Assembly: GCA_043228905.1 (NCBI GenBank)
Contig: JBHGNT010000088.1
Span: forward strand, 30,352-94,351
DNA from: Azolla caroliniana
Taxonomy: Eukaryota > Plantae > Polypodiophyta
DNA: 64,000 nucleotides
Direction: 5' to 3'
Position 1 is the stretch's first letter. Every line of letters begins with the position of its first letter. Positions 25,174 to 47,565 of the stretch are shown here, piece by piece. Below the pieces are notes generated by a model that worked only from the letters and a program-made list of their open reading frames with translations, had not been told where the DNA came from and made no database searches. The position numbers and the translations under genes are program-made.

Positions 25174-26016
25174 CTAGTGAAAAAAATAAAATGGAGGTTA
25201 ATATATTAGTCAACAAATATATTGCATATATAACTATGACACAATGAGTCACAAAGGACTTGTTCGCCTTTGCCAATGTACTCAATCATGCCCATTTTAT
25301 CTACTTTGTCTCCGTCAGTATATATTTCTCCGTTTCCAAGTTTGTTCATCACTGTATTAGTGAAGGCAATAAAGAGCTACGTATAGTTTATAGGATTTAT
25401 CATTCGGTGAATGCTATAAACGGTGATGAGGGGACATCGAGTAGTCCAAACCATGCCTAAAATCGAGTAGCTGAGACGGTGTGTCACGGGAGCTGCCCCA
25501 TCGTGGAACCCAATCAAGATCATGTGTGCAACCCCTTTGATGCCGAGGCATATATTTGAAAATATGCAATGGTCTAGATTTTGGGCGGAACGTAATATGG
25601 AGAAGCATTTGAGAAAATGGCATGAGGTGACCGGGGGTCGGGGCCCGGCCATGTTGGGCCATGGGGGGGGGGGGGGGGGGGGCGCGGCGATCGTGTCCGA
25701 GGTATGTTGGTTCGGTCCCAATGTGTTGCTTTTCCGCATGGTCATTCAAATTTCACACAAATGTCATCCAAGCAAGCCATTTTGGATTGAGTTTGGAGAT
25801 GGGATATGATATTATGATATGACGCTCACAGTCTCTCTCTCTCTCTCTCTCACTCTCACTCACTGTCTTTGCATGAGTACATATCCCACATACAAGCGAC
25901 ATACGCAGACACCTACACGCTCAGAGAGATTCAGAAAGAGATAGAGAGAGAGTGTGCGTGTCTGTGTGTGATCTCCGTTCTGAAATCGAAGGTTTCTCCC
26001 CGACAGCGGAGTAGCT

Positions 26017-34578
<8,562 letters not shown>

Positions 34579-34582
<4 letters not shown>

Positions 34583-34943
34583 AGTTTTGTAGTGACACAT
34601 TTCTGAGCTGTGTCCAGCGATTGATATGGCTAGGTATACTAAATATATTGACCATTTATCCATAAATAAAGTATCATCATCCATCTTGATGCAGAACCAA
34701 TACTTGTCTTAATTACTTAACTCATCATCACTGTGGATGGGAGTAGAACAATCATCTATAGTATTTCAACATGAATTTTTGTAGTGACACATTTCTGAGC
34801 TGTGTGCAGCGATTGATATGGTTAGGTATACTATATATATTGCCCATTTAGGTAGCATCATCCTTCTTGATGCAGAACTAACACTAGTCCTAATTACTCA
34901 TCTCATCATCATCGTGGATAGGGATAGAACAATTATCTATAGT
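34579..34943. repeat. Diverged tandem duplication (about 190-bp unit) at the PgiC stop codon and 3' UTR
   Basis: atgaa.ttttgtagtgacacatttctgagctgtgt.cagcgattgatatgg...tagaacaat.atctatagt occurs at 34579 and 34770. Confidence 0.88.
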
Positions 34944-35994
34944 TATTCCAAAACTGACAAAGAAGTTGGCAACTCGAATTGATTTATAAATCAAGACTCA
35001 CTGTGGAGCCTTCAAATAATGCCAACCTGTAAACTGTCCTAGCTCGAGAGGCTGATTGATGATACTCCAAATGGTCATTTTATAAGGAACAACATATCTA
35101 ACTCTGGAATTGGATTGCTTTATCTTTGAAATTAGTCATAAATATATATTCAAATGGGATGAAGGTTTGAACTCAAGGGAGTTACATAGCTAGCAAAAGG
35201 TACTGGGGTGTAGGACGACAATGAATGAGTGTAAACGTTATGGCCTGAAAATCAATTGTGCGAACTTTCTTAGCTCAAAATCCATGGTTTATTTAGGCCT
35301 GGTATCTAGCCGCATACCACGCGGAATGCACTCATGTACCTACTACCAATCTTATACAATAGATGCAAGATTACAAAAATTAGTAACCCACTACCTAATA
35401 CCAATTTTGATTAAATAGAAATGTAATGCCCTCGCCTTTGGATCTGTTGATCTCAAAATCTAAAATATAGCATGAGGGTAAATTTTGTGGTACCAGATGC
35501 TATTTTATGTTCATATGTTGACCTTTGATGTGGTTGCCTCTGGTTAAAACCCCTCAAACCATTCTTTTCTTAATGTAAATGTTCGTTGTTTATCATTAGT
35601 ATTTTGATTCGTAATTTTGGTGTCATGCACTTATGATCTTTTATCTCTTTAGGTGTTTTATTCTTGGGCAATTGATGATCAATCCAGGAAGGTGGGGCAA
35701 TTGTTTAATGACCATATTGTTAGTTTGATTTCGACTTTCTTTGTTAATGTTTGAATGATCATTTTTTAGTGATTTTTTTTTATGTTAGCTATATCGTTTA
35801 GTAATATTCAATCTGGTTTTTGATTGATTGTTTGTCAATGTTTAAACAGTGATTAATTGATAGGATGTTCAATTTAATGTTTCATCAATCATTCGTAGAT
35901 ATTCAATTTATAATTTAATTGATATTTTATGTAACACTAATTAGTTGTGAGTTTTATTAGACGATCGAAGATATGTAATCACTAATTTATTCAA

Positions 35995-36768
35995 TATTAA
36001 TTGATTGTTATCCATCCAAATTTTTTATCATTACCTATTCGTTTCGTGGATCATTGATTGCTTTTATATTTCTTATTTATCAATTATTAATTCATTGTTA
36101 TTGTTTATTAATATATCGTTTTTCAATATTTTATTTGATATTTGTTGATTATTAATTAATTATTAGCGTGTGATGTTTAGTTGTGAAATCTCATTCATTC
36201 TCGCATTTACTGCTTCACGACTTAACATGGATCTCACAATTATATCCACAATTATTAATTGATTGTTATCCATCCAAATTTTTTATCATTACCTATTTCG
36301 TTTCGTGGATCATTGCTTGCTTTTATATTTCTTATTTATCAATTATTAATTCATTGTTATTGTTTATTAATATATCGTTTTTCAATATTTTATTTGATAT
36401 TTGTTGATTATTAATTAATTATTAGCGTGTGATAGTTAGTTGTGAAATCTCATTCATTCTCGCATTTACTGCTTCACGACTTAACATGGATCTCACAATT
36501 ATATCCACAATTATTAATTGATTGTTATCCATCCAAATTTTTTATCATTACCTATTTCGTTTCGTGGATCATTGCTTGCTTTTATATTTCTTATTTATCA
36601 ATGATTAATTCATTGTTATTGTTTATTAATATATCGTTTTTCAATATTTTATTTGATATTTGTTGATTATTAATTAATTATTAGCGTGTGATGGTTAGTT
36701 GTGAAATCTCATTCATTCTCGCATTTATTGCTTCACGACTTAACATGGATCTCACAATTATATCCACA
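35995..36768. repeat. 259-bp AT-rich tandem repeat, 3 units
   Basis: Units start at 35995, 36253 and 36512; repeated ORFs at 36183, 36442, 36701. Confidence 0.95.
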
Positions 36769-38112
36769 CGTGACATGGATTACCAAAACCACCCATGTGG
36801 CTAAATTCAGTAATTACCCGGGTAATTTACGCCTTGTGCTCACATACTTATTATCTCTCGGGGATAGTTTAGTTACCTCTTGCACTCGAATGCTTATTAT
36901 CTCGGGGATGGTTAAACACTACATGACCTGTAGATAATTTATGCCTGTGTAAACTCATATTCACTGAGGCTTGAAATTCATGGAAGTAATTTCCGAGCAA
37001 ACAGATGGATGTAGGGGTGCAAGGTCAACTCCTTGTGTGAATACCCCTCTGAATGTATAAGGCGCTCTCACAGGTTTAGAGTAGAATAACATTCATGAAT
37101 GTTTTCTATATCTCTATCTTAGTGATGCATGACAACTACTTGAGGCTCAACCATGGATATATGTCGTTAAAACAAAAAAATAAAATGAATTTATGGCCAA
37201 AGTACTGGTCCTAGCTAGTAGCCCTTAACATTATATTGTGACCAATCCCAGGTTACATAAATTGTAATTGTGTCACATGCACATAGTGTGCACTTGTACT
37301 TTTTTATATCTTTATATATAGCTAAAGTTGTTTTATATGGCATTAAATGTTTTTAAAAGTTTATTTTTTTATTTTTTTATTTTTAATTTTTTTCCAAAAG
37401 AGAATATACACCATTAGTTAAAATATACATGAACACGATCCCTTTCTCAGGTAGGCCGTGCCAAGATTATCCTAGCCTACATACGAGATCTCACTTATTT
37501 ATCTTACACTTTTACATATGACTCAAGCCATCCTTTCATGTGATTCATAGATATACCAAAACAATATCAGAGATTGATTTATGTATGTGTAGCTTCCAAG
37601 GCAAGGCCCATAAAATGATCAAATACCAAGGTCAGGTTAAGGTTAGGAGGATTCAAATGTGCAACAAGGGATGTTATGGTTTTATATTCAATCACAACAC
37701 CACCACAATAACAAGAAAAGAAAGCATCAATATAAGTTCCGCACTTAAAAATAATACATGGTGGTTACATTAGATTTATACAAATAATGTTGAAGTGGTA
37801 ACCGCCTTGTATGTCAAGTGGCACTCTAGTATTATAAATTAGATACGTTGTCATTAGGTACTTCATATTAAACTATACAAATGGTGACTTGTGTTCAAAA
37901 ATCTTACTTTGAGCTAATCAAAATCAATTCTAACGTTCACAATAGGCCCGAGATAAATGTTTTAGGAGAACTATAAGCCAAGTTGCCAACCATATCTCAA
38001 GGACGAAATTTGGATAAGAACATTTGGAGTCATAGTTTGCCAAAATAACACATCACACAACGATGAACGCTTAAGTAATGGAACACGATGAAAGGATCAC
38101 TAAATATTTTTG

Positions 38113-38480
38113 ATAGCAAGTACTTTAGTACACATAAGTACTTCAATAGTAAGATCATAACGTTTGAGTGTTAAACTTAAGGGGTGAGCTTAAGGGGATC
38201 CCAAGTGTGCCACAAGGGTCATTATAGTTTTGTCTTTGGAACGATGACACCACGATGCAACACACTTTTGTATTTTCCATTTGTCAACGCCTAGACTCAT
38301 AATAGAGAATTGAAATAATTATCTGGACCTATATAAACATCTAGATGGTGAAAACGTTGTATGCCAAAGACAATTTTCTAACATAAAGAATTTCTCTCAT
38401 TTACACTATGTTTGACATGTTTCCATAAAAGTTAGAGGGTTGATGGAGAACTGTGCATTATCCTTAAACACTTGGAATGC
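38113..38480 (-). pseudogene. Partial duplicate of the 2OGD 3' end (exon 2 tail, intron 2, frameshifted exon 3)
   Basis: ALTNGKYKSVLHRGVI followed by a frameshift and stop; flanking intron and 3' sequence resemble 38720-39150. Confidence 0.85.
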
Positions 38481-38784
38481 GACGATGAATGCTTAAGGAA
38501 TGGAACACGATTCTAGGATCACTAAATATTGTTGTTAGATTTGGACCATTATATATAATTGTTCATACCACAAGGCTTTACTTTGTTGACTCCCCCTCAT
38601 TTCTTATAACATGTTGAAAAGGCACAAAATCAAAGTTATTCAACCATATATTATGATTTTATTTTATTAAATGTATTTTACATTTTTGTGTCATTCTCGT
38701 AAGACTGACTGTTATTTTCAATAGCAAGTGCATTATACACAAGAAGTACTTCAATAGTAAGATCGTAACGTTTGAGTGTTAAAT

Positions 38785-40373
38785 TTAATGGGCGAGCTTA
38801 GGGGGATCCAAGTGTGCCACAAGGGTCATTATAGTTTTGTCTTCGGCGACGACACCACGATGCAACGCACTTTTGTATTTTCCATTCGTCAAAGCCTACA
38901 ATCGTAATAATAAATTGAAATCATTATCTCCTATATAAACATTTGTATGGTGAGTACGTTGTATGCCAAGGGCAACTTTCTAACATAAAGAATTTCTCTC
39001 ATTTCTTTAGATGAATGTTTCCATAAAAGTTTCATTGATATTTTATAGGTAGTAAAAGAAGTCTTACTTTTAGTTGATCCCCAACATTGATGACCACTGC
39101 ATTGGGTACTGGGTTGATGGAGAACCATGCATTATCCTTAAACACTTGGAGGCCATCCATCTCCTTATCTTGTAGTAGAATAGTAAGACACCCATGGTCG
39201 GTATGACCATGTGTCCCGAGGACCAAGTCAGGTCGAGGACATGGAGGATAGTAGTTTGCACGGAAGAACAAGTTGTTACATTTGAATGTGTTCACAAGGT
39301 AATCACTATCCTTGAACCCTAGATTTTCAGACATTGCCACAAGGAGACGCTTGATGACGCCCTCTACCTCATTGCCATAAGACTCAACTGCACTCCTGGG
39401 GAAAATGGACATTCAAATGGGTTATTAATATTGTCCCATGTTGGGAAATAAGGTCTATAGTACATGTTTTTTGGCACGTTCATTGGGACAAGAAGGCGAC
39501 ATTCAATATTTTTGACAATCAAGGAACAAAATTTAGTTACAATAAGAAGTATTTCCGAAAACAAGTTTGGGTCTAATTGGTATTGGGGGCCACATGTGCA
39601 ATATTATCCATAATGATTGATCTCATGGCACAAATGAAGTTTCTACCGTAACAGAACTATGCATGGCCCACTACCTACCTAAATGCCTCGATGGGAAAGT
39701 GTTATGAGGAATATAAAGGTGAACCGAAAATGCCATCAGTAGAAATGCACGTAACATTAGGTCCTAATGGACAACAAAATGCCAGTTAGATAGATAGATA
39801 TCTTTTTAACATCCATGGGAGACTCGTCGTGATCTATGAGACTAGGCCATGACAAAACATAAAACATGTTTAGGCAATGACTTGGGAGCACCTTAGTTGT
39901 GGAGGTTGTGAAGGCCACAAGTCTAGCTTCTTGAGACTAGGAGGAGCCAGGAAGCCGAAAAGGGAATCCATCCAGTCGTCAGCTGTGCCTCGAAAGAAGA
40001 GTGTGCGTCCGTACCCTTGCAACTTCTCCATGTCCCCGTCCTTCTGGTCCTCAGCATTGACGACATAGCCATGCTTTTCCGGACTAGGGAGCTCGAAGAA
40101 ATCTTTGGCACTACGTCGAGCATCCTCGATGATGTCGATCGGAATGCCATGGTTGATCGCTTGGAAGAAGCCCCATTCCTCGCATGCACTCGCGATGGCG
40201 CTCAATGTGGTGGCCTTGGTGGAAGGAAGAGCGTCGCATTGCAAGCCACTTAGGTCGATGAGAGGAAGGGTCCTCTCAAGAAGGGGTTGTGGTGGCCTAG
40301 GACGATCCTCGGGTGAGACGATGAAGTTGATAGGAACTTCCTTCATGCACGACAATGTTTGGACCATGGCCAT
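38785..40373 (-). CDS. 2-oxoglutarate/Fe(II)-dependent dioxygenase (DOXC class), copy A, 306 aa, C-terminally truncated; possible pseudogene
   Basis: Exons 39892-40373, 39068-39395, 38785-38895 in phase. LPLIDLS, ACEEWGFFQAINHGI, NYYPPCPRPDLVLG, HTD, GLQV, INVGDQL, TNGKYKSALHR are present; RxS is replaced by IMT and a stop follows 10 codons later. Confidence 0.85.
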
Positions 40374-43300
40374 CTCTCCCTCTATAGAGTTGCTTCTATA
40401 TGAAATCTTGATCTTAATTGTTGTGTCTTGTCACTATGTATGTCTCTCCCCATGCCTCTACATATTTATATGTATAGCAAGTAGTATCTTATGGACGCTT
40501 GTGCTTATTTATTTATTTGAAAATTAGTTTAGCAAGCCATATCTTATGGACACGTGCTTAATTATTTATTTGAAAATTAGTTAGAGTAGTTGACATTAAA
40601 ATGTGGATATTGAGTTACAAGAACTTAACTTGTTCAAGGTCACATGTTGTATATGAGGAGACCTACTGTAGCATTAAGATAGTCAAGATGGGTGTTCAAT
40701 GCGACTAAGATGGGTGTCCAATGCTATAGCAAACATGTGTTGTGTGGAGCCTCAAACCTCATTTAAGATAAGATAATGTTCCGTAGAGAGGGGTGAGGCG
40801 GGATGGTATGCCAACACAACCTTACAATTATCGGTTTGCGTCTTCAAATGTGGGCCCCATCATAAGGGAGTCATTGGACTTTGCATATGGCTGAGATCTA
40901 GAAGAATACTTAAAACATTTACATACTTGAATCATTAAAGAAAAAAGATAGAGAAATGAAACTAGACACTTCCAAAGTTATCACAACATAATGGGGTGCC
41001 TTTAATAGGCAACAAGTTTATTAATAGGGCGTCCACATCCTTATCGATATCAATTTATCTTACGAGTCATCAAGGTAGTGCTAAGTGGATAAGGGACCAA
41101 TGACAATTCTTTGTGTATACGCTTCGTAAAGATGGTCCATTTAGGTGAGAACAGAAGTTAGAGCCATATACATTATATATGCTTGTCTATTTGAAAGTGT
41201 ATGACGTTTCATGAAAAGATGGACTTAGGCTAAGTTAAATTTTGGCCCATTCCATACCTCTTTTGAAAAACTCAATGGACACTTGATGTGTTTGTATAAG
41301 CAAGTATAGGATGTGCATTCTATATCCGTCCTCACCCCATACTATACCAAGTACTTAACGACATCAACGTTGTGAGGTTGGAACAGTTATAAAATATATG
41401 GCAATTTGTGATTGACAGATTCCGTGCAAGGATACAACCTTCTTAGCCTCAACAACCCAACTCCTGATATTCACATAGTTGGCCACATGCTAGCAATAAG
41501 TGCCTTATAATGATTTACTCACTCTAAGACTACAAATGTATACTTGCCATTGCAAATAGAATAGAATAGAATCATTATCGTTTTATAGGGAGACCAAGTT
41601 TGACCTATGGGACCAAATAAACATTTAATCTTGTATATTACTCCGAAGGTGGGAAATTTACCAGTTTTCTTCGCTCTTACAATGGGGTTACTACTCTGTA
41701 GTAAAAATTCTCTATGTGAGAATAATGTACGCACATATGTGATCTCTCTTCTTGATGGGGATTTGGGTATGACACCTAAATTGTCGTGTCCATATAGTAA
41801 GTCATCATACTTCTTGTGAATTTAGCTCATATGTTGAGCATGCAAGAAGTGGTATTCATCCTCCATTATGTTCGTTGAATATGGTCATATTAGGGTGATG
41901 ATGCCATGATCCTACCTAAAACAAGTAGCTAGTGAGCAGTGTTAAGGCTCTTTAAGCACCAATGCTCATGGGGGTAGGAAGAGGTGGTCGGATATGTTCT
42001 AGCATTTTTATCTTGGTTCGAGGCTAACATTGGAGGTCAACATTTGGAATGTGATATTCTAATTTTGACATTTTAGCATCTTACTACTTCATACTTTATA
42101 GTATAGTACGTAATATATCGAATGCATTGGCAAACATTCTTTTTCATACGAATGCAAAAAGAATGTGTATGCTATCAAAACATTCTTATGTTTTTTTTTA
42201 CACTTTTTAACTTAGCTTTCTTGCCTTAAAAAAATTACCTTATAATTAATTAATTAATAATGAATACAAAAGTATGGTATTTCCCATACTTCGTGGGTGT
42301 TTACCATACGCGAATGATTGAAACAATCTCGAATGCAAATACACGTATGGTTCAAACTTCATACTATGCTTGCATTGCTCGAAAGCTCCAATATATATAT
42401 TACTCCCCATCTTTTAAAGCATTTCATAATATCAATGAGAGGATTTTGCGTTGATTGGTTTTTAGTACCTTGCATTCAACATTCCAAGCTTGTTTTGGTA
42501 ATCTATGATATACTTGTATACTCTTTGCATGGCTAATACCTCTTTGGGCCTAGCACTTGTTTCTAATATGATGACAAGTTAGGATGTTACGGGTTTCCCC
42601 CCCAATTGTTTGGGGAGAGAAAGATAGACACACAATATATTTCACTATAGAAGCCATAAAGACTTATGAAACCCACAACAATCAAATATGGACTTGTTAT
42701 CATGAAAACACAACAAAGTCATAGGACACTCACAACTTCTTTTTCACAAATATGATCAAAATCTAGCTAAGCATTTAACAGGATTTGGTCTCTCTAAGAG
42801 CTGCAGGATACAAAAAAGTTTTCATTAAGTGAAGTTCAAAATGGTGCAGCTCCCAGAATCATCCTTGAGTATAAATCATACACAAAAATCTGGTTCTCAT
42901 ACAACAAGCACACACACAACAAGACTTCATTTCCAAAATTTGCAGAATTTGATGTTATCAAGACCGACTCAAAATCAATTCAATTCCTTGAGCAAAAAAT
43001 AGGAGTATGTATATTTGAATCATCTCTGAACCTCTCTTCTAATATATGTTGCCAGGAATCTTTCTTTGCTCATCTTCAGCAATTCAGCACACATGAATTT
43101 CCATTTCCAAAAGTACAAACAACCTTTGTTTTATATGTACGAGCATTACACATTATATGACTTGTGACCCATTTTTCCCAAAATTTGTGGTATTGTATGT
43201 TATCATGACCGACTCAAAATCAAATCAATTCCTTGAACCAAAAATAGGAGTATATATATTTGAATCATGTCTGAACCTCTCTTCTAATATAAGTTACCAA

Positions 43301-46300
43301 GAATCTTTCTTCGTTCCTCTTCGGCAAATCAACACAATCTTGCCTGTTTCAAGATTGTTAAGTTAGTAAAATACCAAAACAGCAGTAAAATGATCTATGG
43401 GCAGTGCACTTTACCTTAAATAAGGAAATTAGAAAATGGAATGAGAATAATGAGATGAATAAAGTAGGAAATGACAGATTGCATTAAGAGAGGGAAGAGG
43501 AAGTCAAATCACTATCCCAACTCAAAATGCTGTATAAGATAAACAAACAAATGTTTCACATATGGATATGGGATTATGACTAATACATATTTGAAACATT
43601 GTACCCTGTATCTACCCACTTCAGCATTCCTAAGATTAGGTTAACAGAGGAAAGAGGAAATACCATGTCAAATATCCCATTCCATTACAAATCACTATTC
43701 CTACTAACAATGATGTGTAAGACAATAAATAACTGCTTCACAAATGGAAATGGGATTGTGACTACAATATATTTGAAATATTGGTGTTCCCTCCTACAAA
43801 TGTATGTTTACATATGAAACATTTGTGAGCAAAAACCACAGCAAGGAACTCTTAAAGATACATACATAGTTAAAGTTTATCTACATCTTTTTGAAGGATG
43901 CCAGACCATTAGTGTTAGTTACGTTCCACAATCTGAACTTGCAAACACAATGTAACATGCACCAAATTCGCATTCACACGATGAGGTCTAATCAGGAACT
44001 CTTTAATGAGCCATAAAACCAATAGGGTTTGGAAGCCAAAACGCCTAAGCTAGCCATTACCACAAGGTTCTTCATGCTACACGAGAGTGTGGACTGGTTT
44101 GGCTAGAGTCCTACAGTAGCCATCACTCAATACGCTGTGACTCAGGGTTTGGGGTTTTCCCTTTATAGGTCTCCTTAACCCCTCCAATAAAGGTTGCATA
44201 ATCACATGATGGAAGTCAAATTCCTTATTACAGGGGAATTCATGTTCGGGGAGATGCTACGTGTACCCATTTGGAGGTCTACCCACGTATCAACTGGCCA
44301 ATGATCCAGAGGCATTTCCTGGTTTCTATTGATTGTTATATTGGGCTTCGTAATCTTCACAATTGTTTTTCTCTGATCCATCTATACTCTAAAAGTGCTT
44401 ACTCTCATGCCGCATTCCCGTCAGCTTCAGATTGCAGGAGCTTTGCTATATCTCAATATCTCTAAGTGTAATAAATATTGTGGTCACTTTACCAAGCTAT
44501 CCATCATGTCTTCAGACATCTCCTCTCACGTGTGATTTTGGTCAGCTGCAGCCTCTGTTAGCTCCATTCCAGGTGCCACTGCAAGACTAGCCATTGCATA
44601 CACCAGAGTTCCCCTGGCAATCCCGCATCCATTCCATTTCTTAGCAGAGATAGCTTCATGCAGGTGGCCACACTGTCACATCATACATTTGCTAAACTTC
44701 AAACAAAATGTGCAATTAACTTAGTCTAGCCCATCTTACATCTGTTGTTCCTGTGTTTCCATGATTGCTTCTTTTGCAAAACACAAGTCAACCCGTTTCT
44801 CAGGTAACTCTTCCTTGAGAAACATCAGCTTGTTTTCGTGCTCTCAGACTGCTCTCAAAAACTTTATTTACTTCTACCTTCTAGCTATTACTTTGATTCT
44901 ATAAATATTTAATGTGCTTTACATGTATGAGTTAATTCATTGAACACATTCATATATGGGTATAAATCAGAAAAAGAAAACACCTCCTGTTTCTGTTTTC
45001 ATTTCATTATCAGTTTCCAGACTTCAATACTCATTTCTTCCACTTATATTTCCCCCATTTCCTGTCATACTCAGCAACTCTGATCCCAAGACCTTCACCT
45101 TAGTAAACAGTTGTGTAGACTGGCATTTCCTTAATGCACTTTACATGTATTAGGTAATTCATTGAACACATTTTTATATGGGTATAAATCTGTTAACAAA
45201 CATCACCTTTTCCATTTTTACTTTATTTACCAGTTCTACAAACTTAGATACTTATTCCTTTCGTTTCTGTTTCCCCCATTTCCCCAACCATACTTGGTAC
45301 TTCTGATCCCAAGATCTTCAACTTTGTGAAGCATTGTCTAGGCTGGGATTTGCTTCACTTAGCCTTTCCGCTTCTCCCTTGATCACATCCTCATTTTCCT
45401 CCTCAGAAGCACTAGACACCTCTTTGGAGAGAATCTTCTTCTCTCCTCTATTGATGCCCAAGCCACCATTCATATGTGATCGTCTTTTCCATCAAAAACA
45501 TTGACATTCACATATTCATGAAAATTTCAGATTTCAGTACAATAATCTTTCCTATGTTTGACAAGAAGCAATGACCTTGAAAGCTCCAAACACACCGTTA
45601 GACTGAAAAGAATGTTTTACAAAGAAACCAAAGCTTGGTGTATTCTGGATAAAAATGAGATTTGTGTGCAAACAAGTCTAATCAAAGTATTTGAAGGTTT
45701 ACAGCAGATGCATGTACCTATTCTATTATTTCCTACCCTGGAATTACATTAGCTCTTCTTAACAATATTGATTAAACACATTTTAAAATCAGTCAAAATT
45801 CTTTTTTGTATATGCAAAATAAAGGGATCAAACCTCTAGAAGAAGCACTCTTGGGATGCGCAAAAATAGCCCAAAACCAGGAAAAAGTTACAATGTCGGA
45901 AGACTTTAGGAAGCGTCATTACAGTACTCGTTTAACATACACGATTGGGTTGCAGCCTATGTAGAGATGTGTAAACCTGTAATTCATAATGATAATGAAA
46001 CAGCACTTCAACAGGACATACTCATACATAAATCAGCTATACCAGAATTTTTCGTGCAAGTAAGTTTCCCTGAAAACCAACATTTTACTGTGATAACTGG
46101 CTTTGCAATTTGCAAACTTGCAATCGAACAAAAAACAGCTCCACATTTAAAGGCAATTAAAAGTGTATGATATATTAGATATTGAGATCTATCACAAGCA
46201 TTTCAGACCAATTACCATGAGGAATGAGGCCGATGGTGGGTGGGTCCTGATTAGTAGTTTCTACCATCAATATTTAAGTTAATTTTAGGGAAAATTTTAG

Positions 46301-47129
46301 TATAATGTGGCATAACATTATACTTGATACACAAAATATAGTAGCATGTACATATACTTGGCCTAATGGTATTAAGACCTGATGTCTTTTAAGCACATGA
46401 TAGTTTATGCTTGACAAAACATACGTCAACATTTTACCTAAAATCCATTTCTACATCTTCTTAATGAGAAAGAGAAAGCTATTTTCTTTCGATAAAAATA
46501 CTTCAAATCTCATTTATTCTAGTAAAAGTGCACAAGCTAAAAATACATATGTGTTCTCTTTCTCTCTCGTTTTCTTTTCCTTTTATTTTATTAAAACAAT
46601 TCGAATCTATAGACAGTTTACTTTCACTAAAAACATCCAGATCCCATTCATTCCAGTAAAAATATGTAGGGGTGTTACTTAAGTAAAACCACTTTTATGT
46701 AGGAGAAGTACAAATCTTCCATTTGGCCCCTTTTCTATATGGTCTTTGCACAAAATCGATTTAATTTTATGCATATTCAGTACTACCATCCATTCCAATA
46801 TTCATGCAAGCAAACTCCACACAACTCCATGTATTCCTGACTTTTGAAAAGTAAAGTTTAGACACTACCCATGACATAAGCTATAATCAACTGGCATAGA
46901 CTAAATCACAACTCCCTCCAAAATAACCAGAAATATTCAATCTGAAAAGCATTAGATATTTGTCCCATGATGAAAGACCTTTTGTCCAAACCCAAAATCA
47001 GTCATATCAGAAATCCTAACAAGGCACACAGACGAAGCAAGATACAAAGAGAAATATTTTTTGAGCATTCTGATAGAGAATATTTATTCACCTTTGAGAT
47101 AGCTGGCACAAAAGCTTTCGTTGGAGTTA

Positions 47130-47565
47130 AGTATATTTTAGTCCTATTTACAACATGCTACCGTATGCGTGTGGCCTTCACCCCTTTCACACGTGCATAT
47201 TGCAACTTCTCAATTTCATTCGTTAGACACAAATTTCACACCGTTGCCGAAAATCTTCACGACAGCGTGAGGTTTTTTCTAATAGAATCTTATCTTCTCT
47301 GATTCTCTGTGTCTGTGCAACCCGTGCTGTCTTGTGTAATCTCTGTGCTATTCGTAAGGTTGTCTCTGTAAGCATAGGGTAAGAGTCAGCGTAGTAGCGC
47401 ACTTAGGTTCTTGGTCGTAGTCGTGAACCTTCACCCATAGATACGCATTATTACATAACTAACGGATTACGGCTCACATCTCGTGTGGCGTCATACCTTG
47501 CCACGCAATCCCCTTGAGCTCTATCTCGAAGGACTGAAGATAGACAATGTTCCATATCGGTAACA
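47130..47565. mobile_element. Two abutting Gypsy-type LTR fragments in opposite orientation
   Basis: 47240-47264 matches the LTR end at 53900-53924 (ccgt.gccgaaaatcttcacgaca); 47500-47565 is the reverse complement of the LTR terminus tgttacc.at..gaaca.tgtcta...agtccttc seen at 51558 and 53190. Confidence 0.65.

Larger units (their letters stand above)
35114..45287 (+). repeat. Segmental duplication copy A (portion matched within the window)
   Basis: Near-identical to 54089-64000; the ORF track is duplicated with offsets of about 18975 then about 18719. Confidence 0.97.

Noticed and set aside
35995-36768. CRISPR-like array or repeated small protein genes (MKSHSFSHLL ORFs)
   Set aside because: Units are contiguous near-identical 259-mers with no unique spacers; the ORFs start at GTG and are by-products of the repeat.
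35422-37072. Possible solo LTR (tgtaatgccc...ctctcaca)
   Set aside because: No matching TSD, PBS or PPT found, so the boundaries are unsupported.
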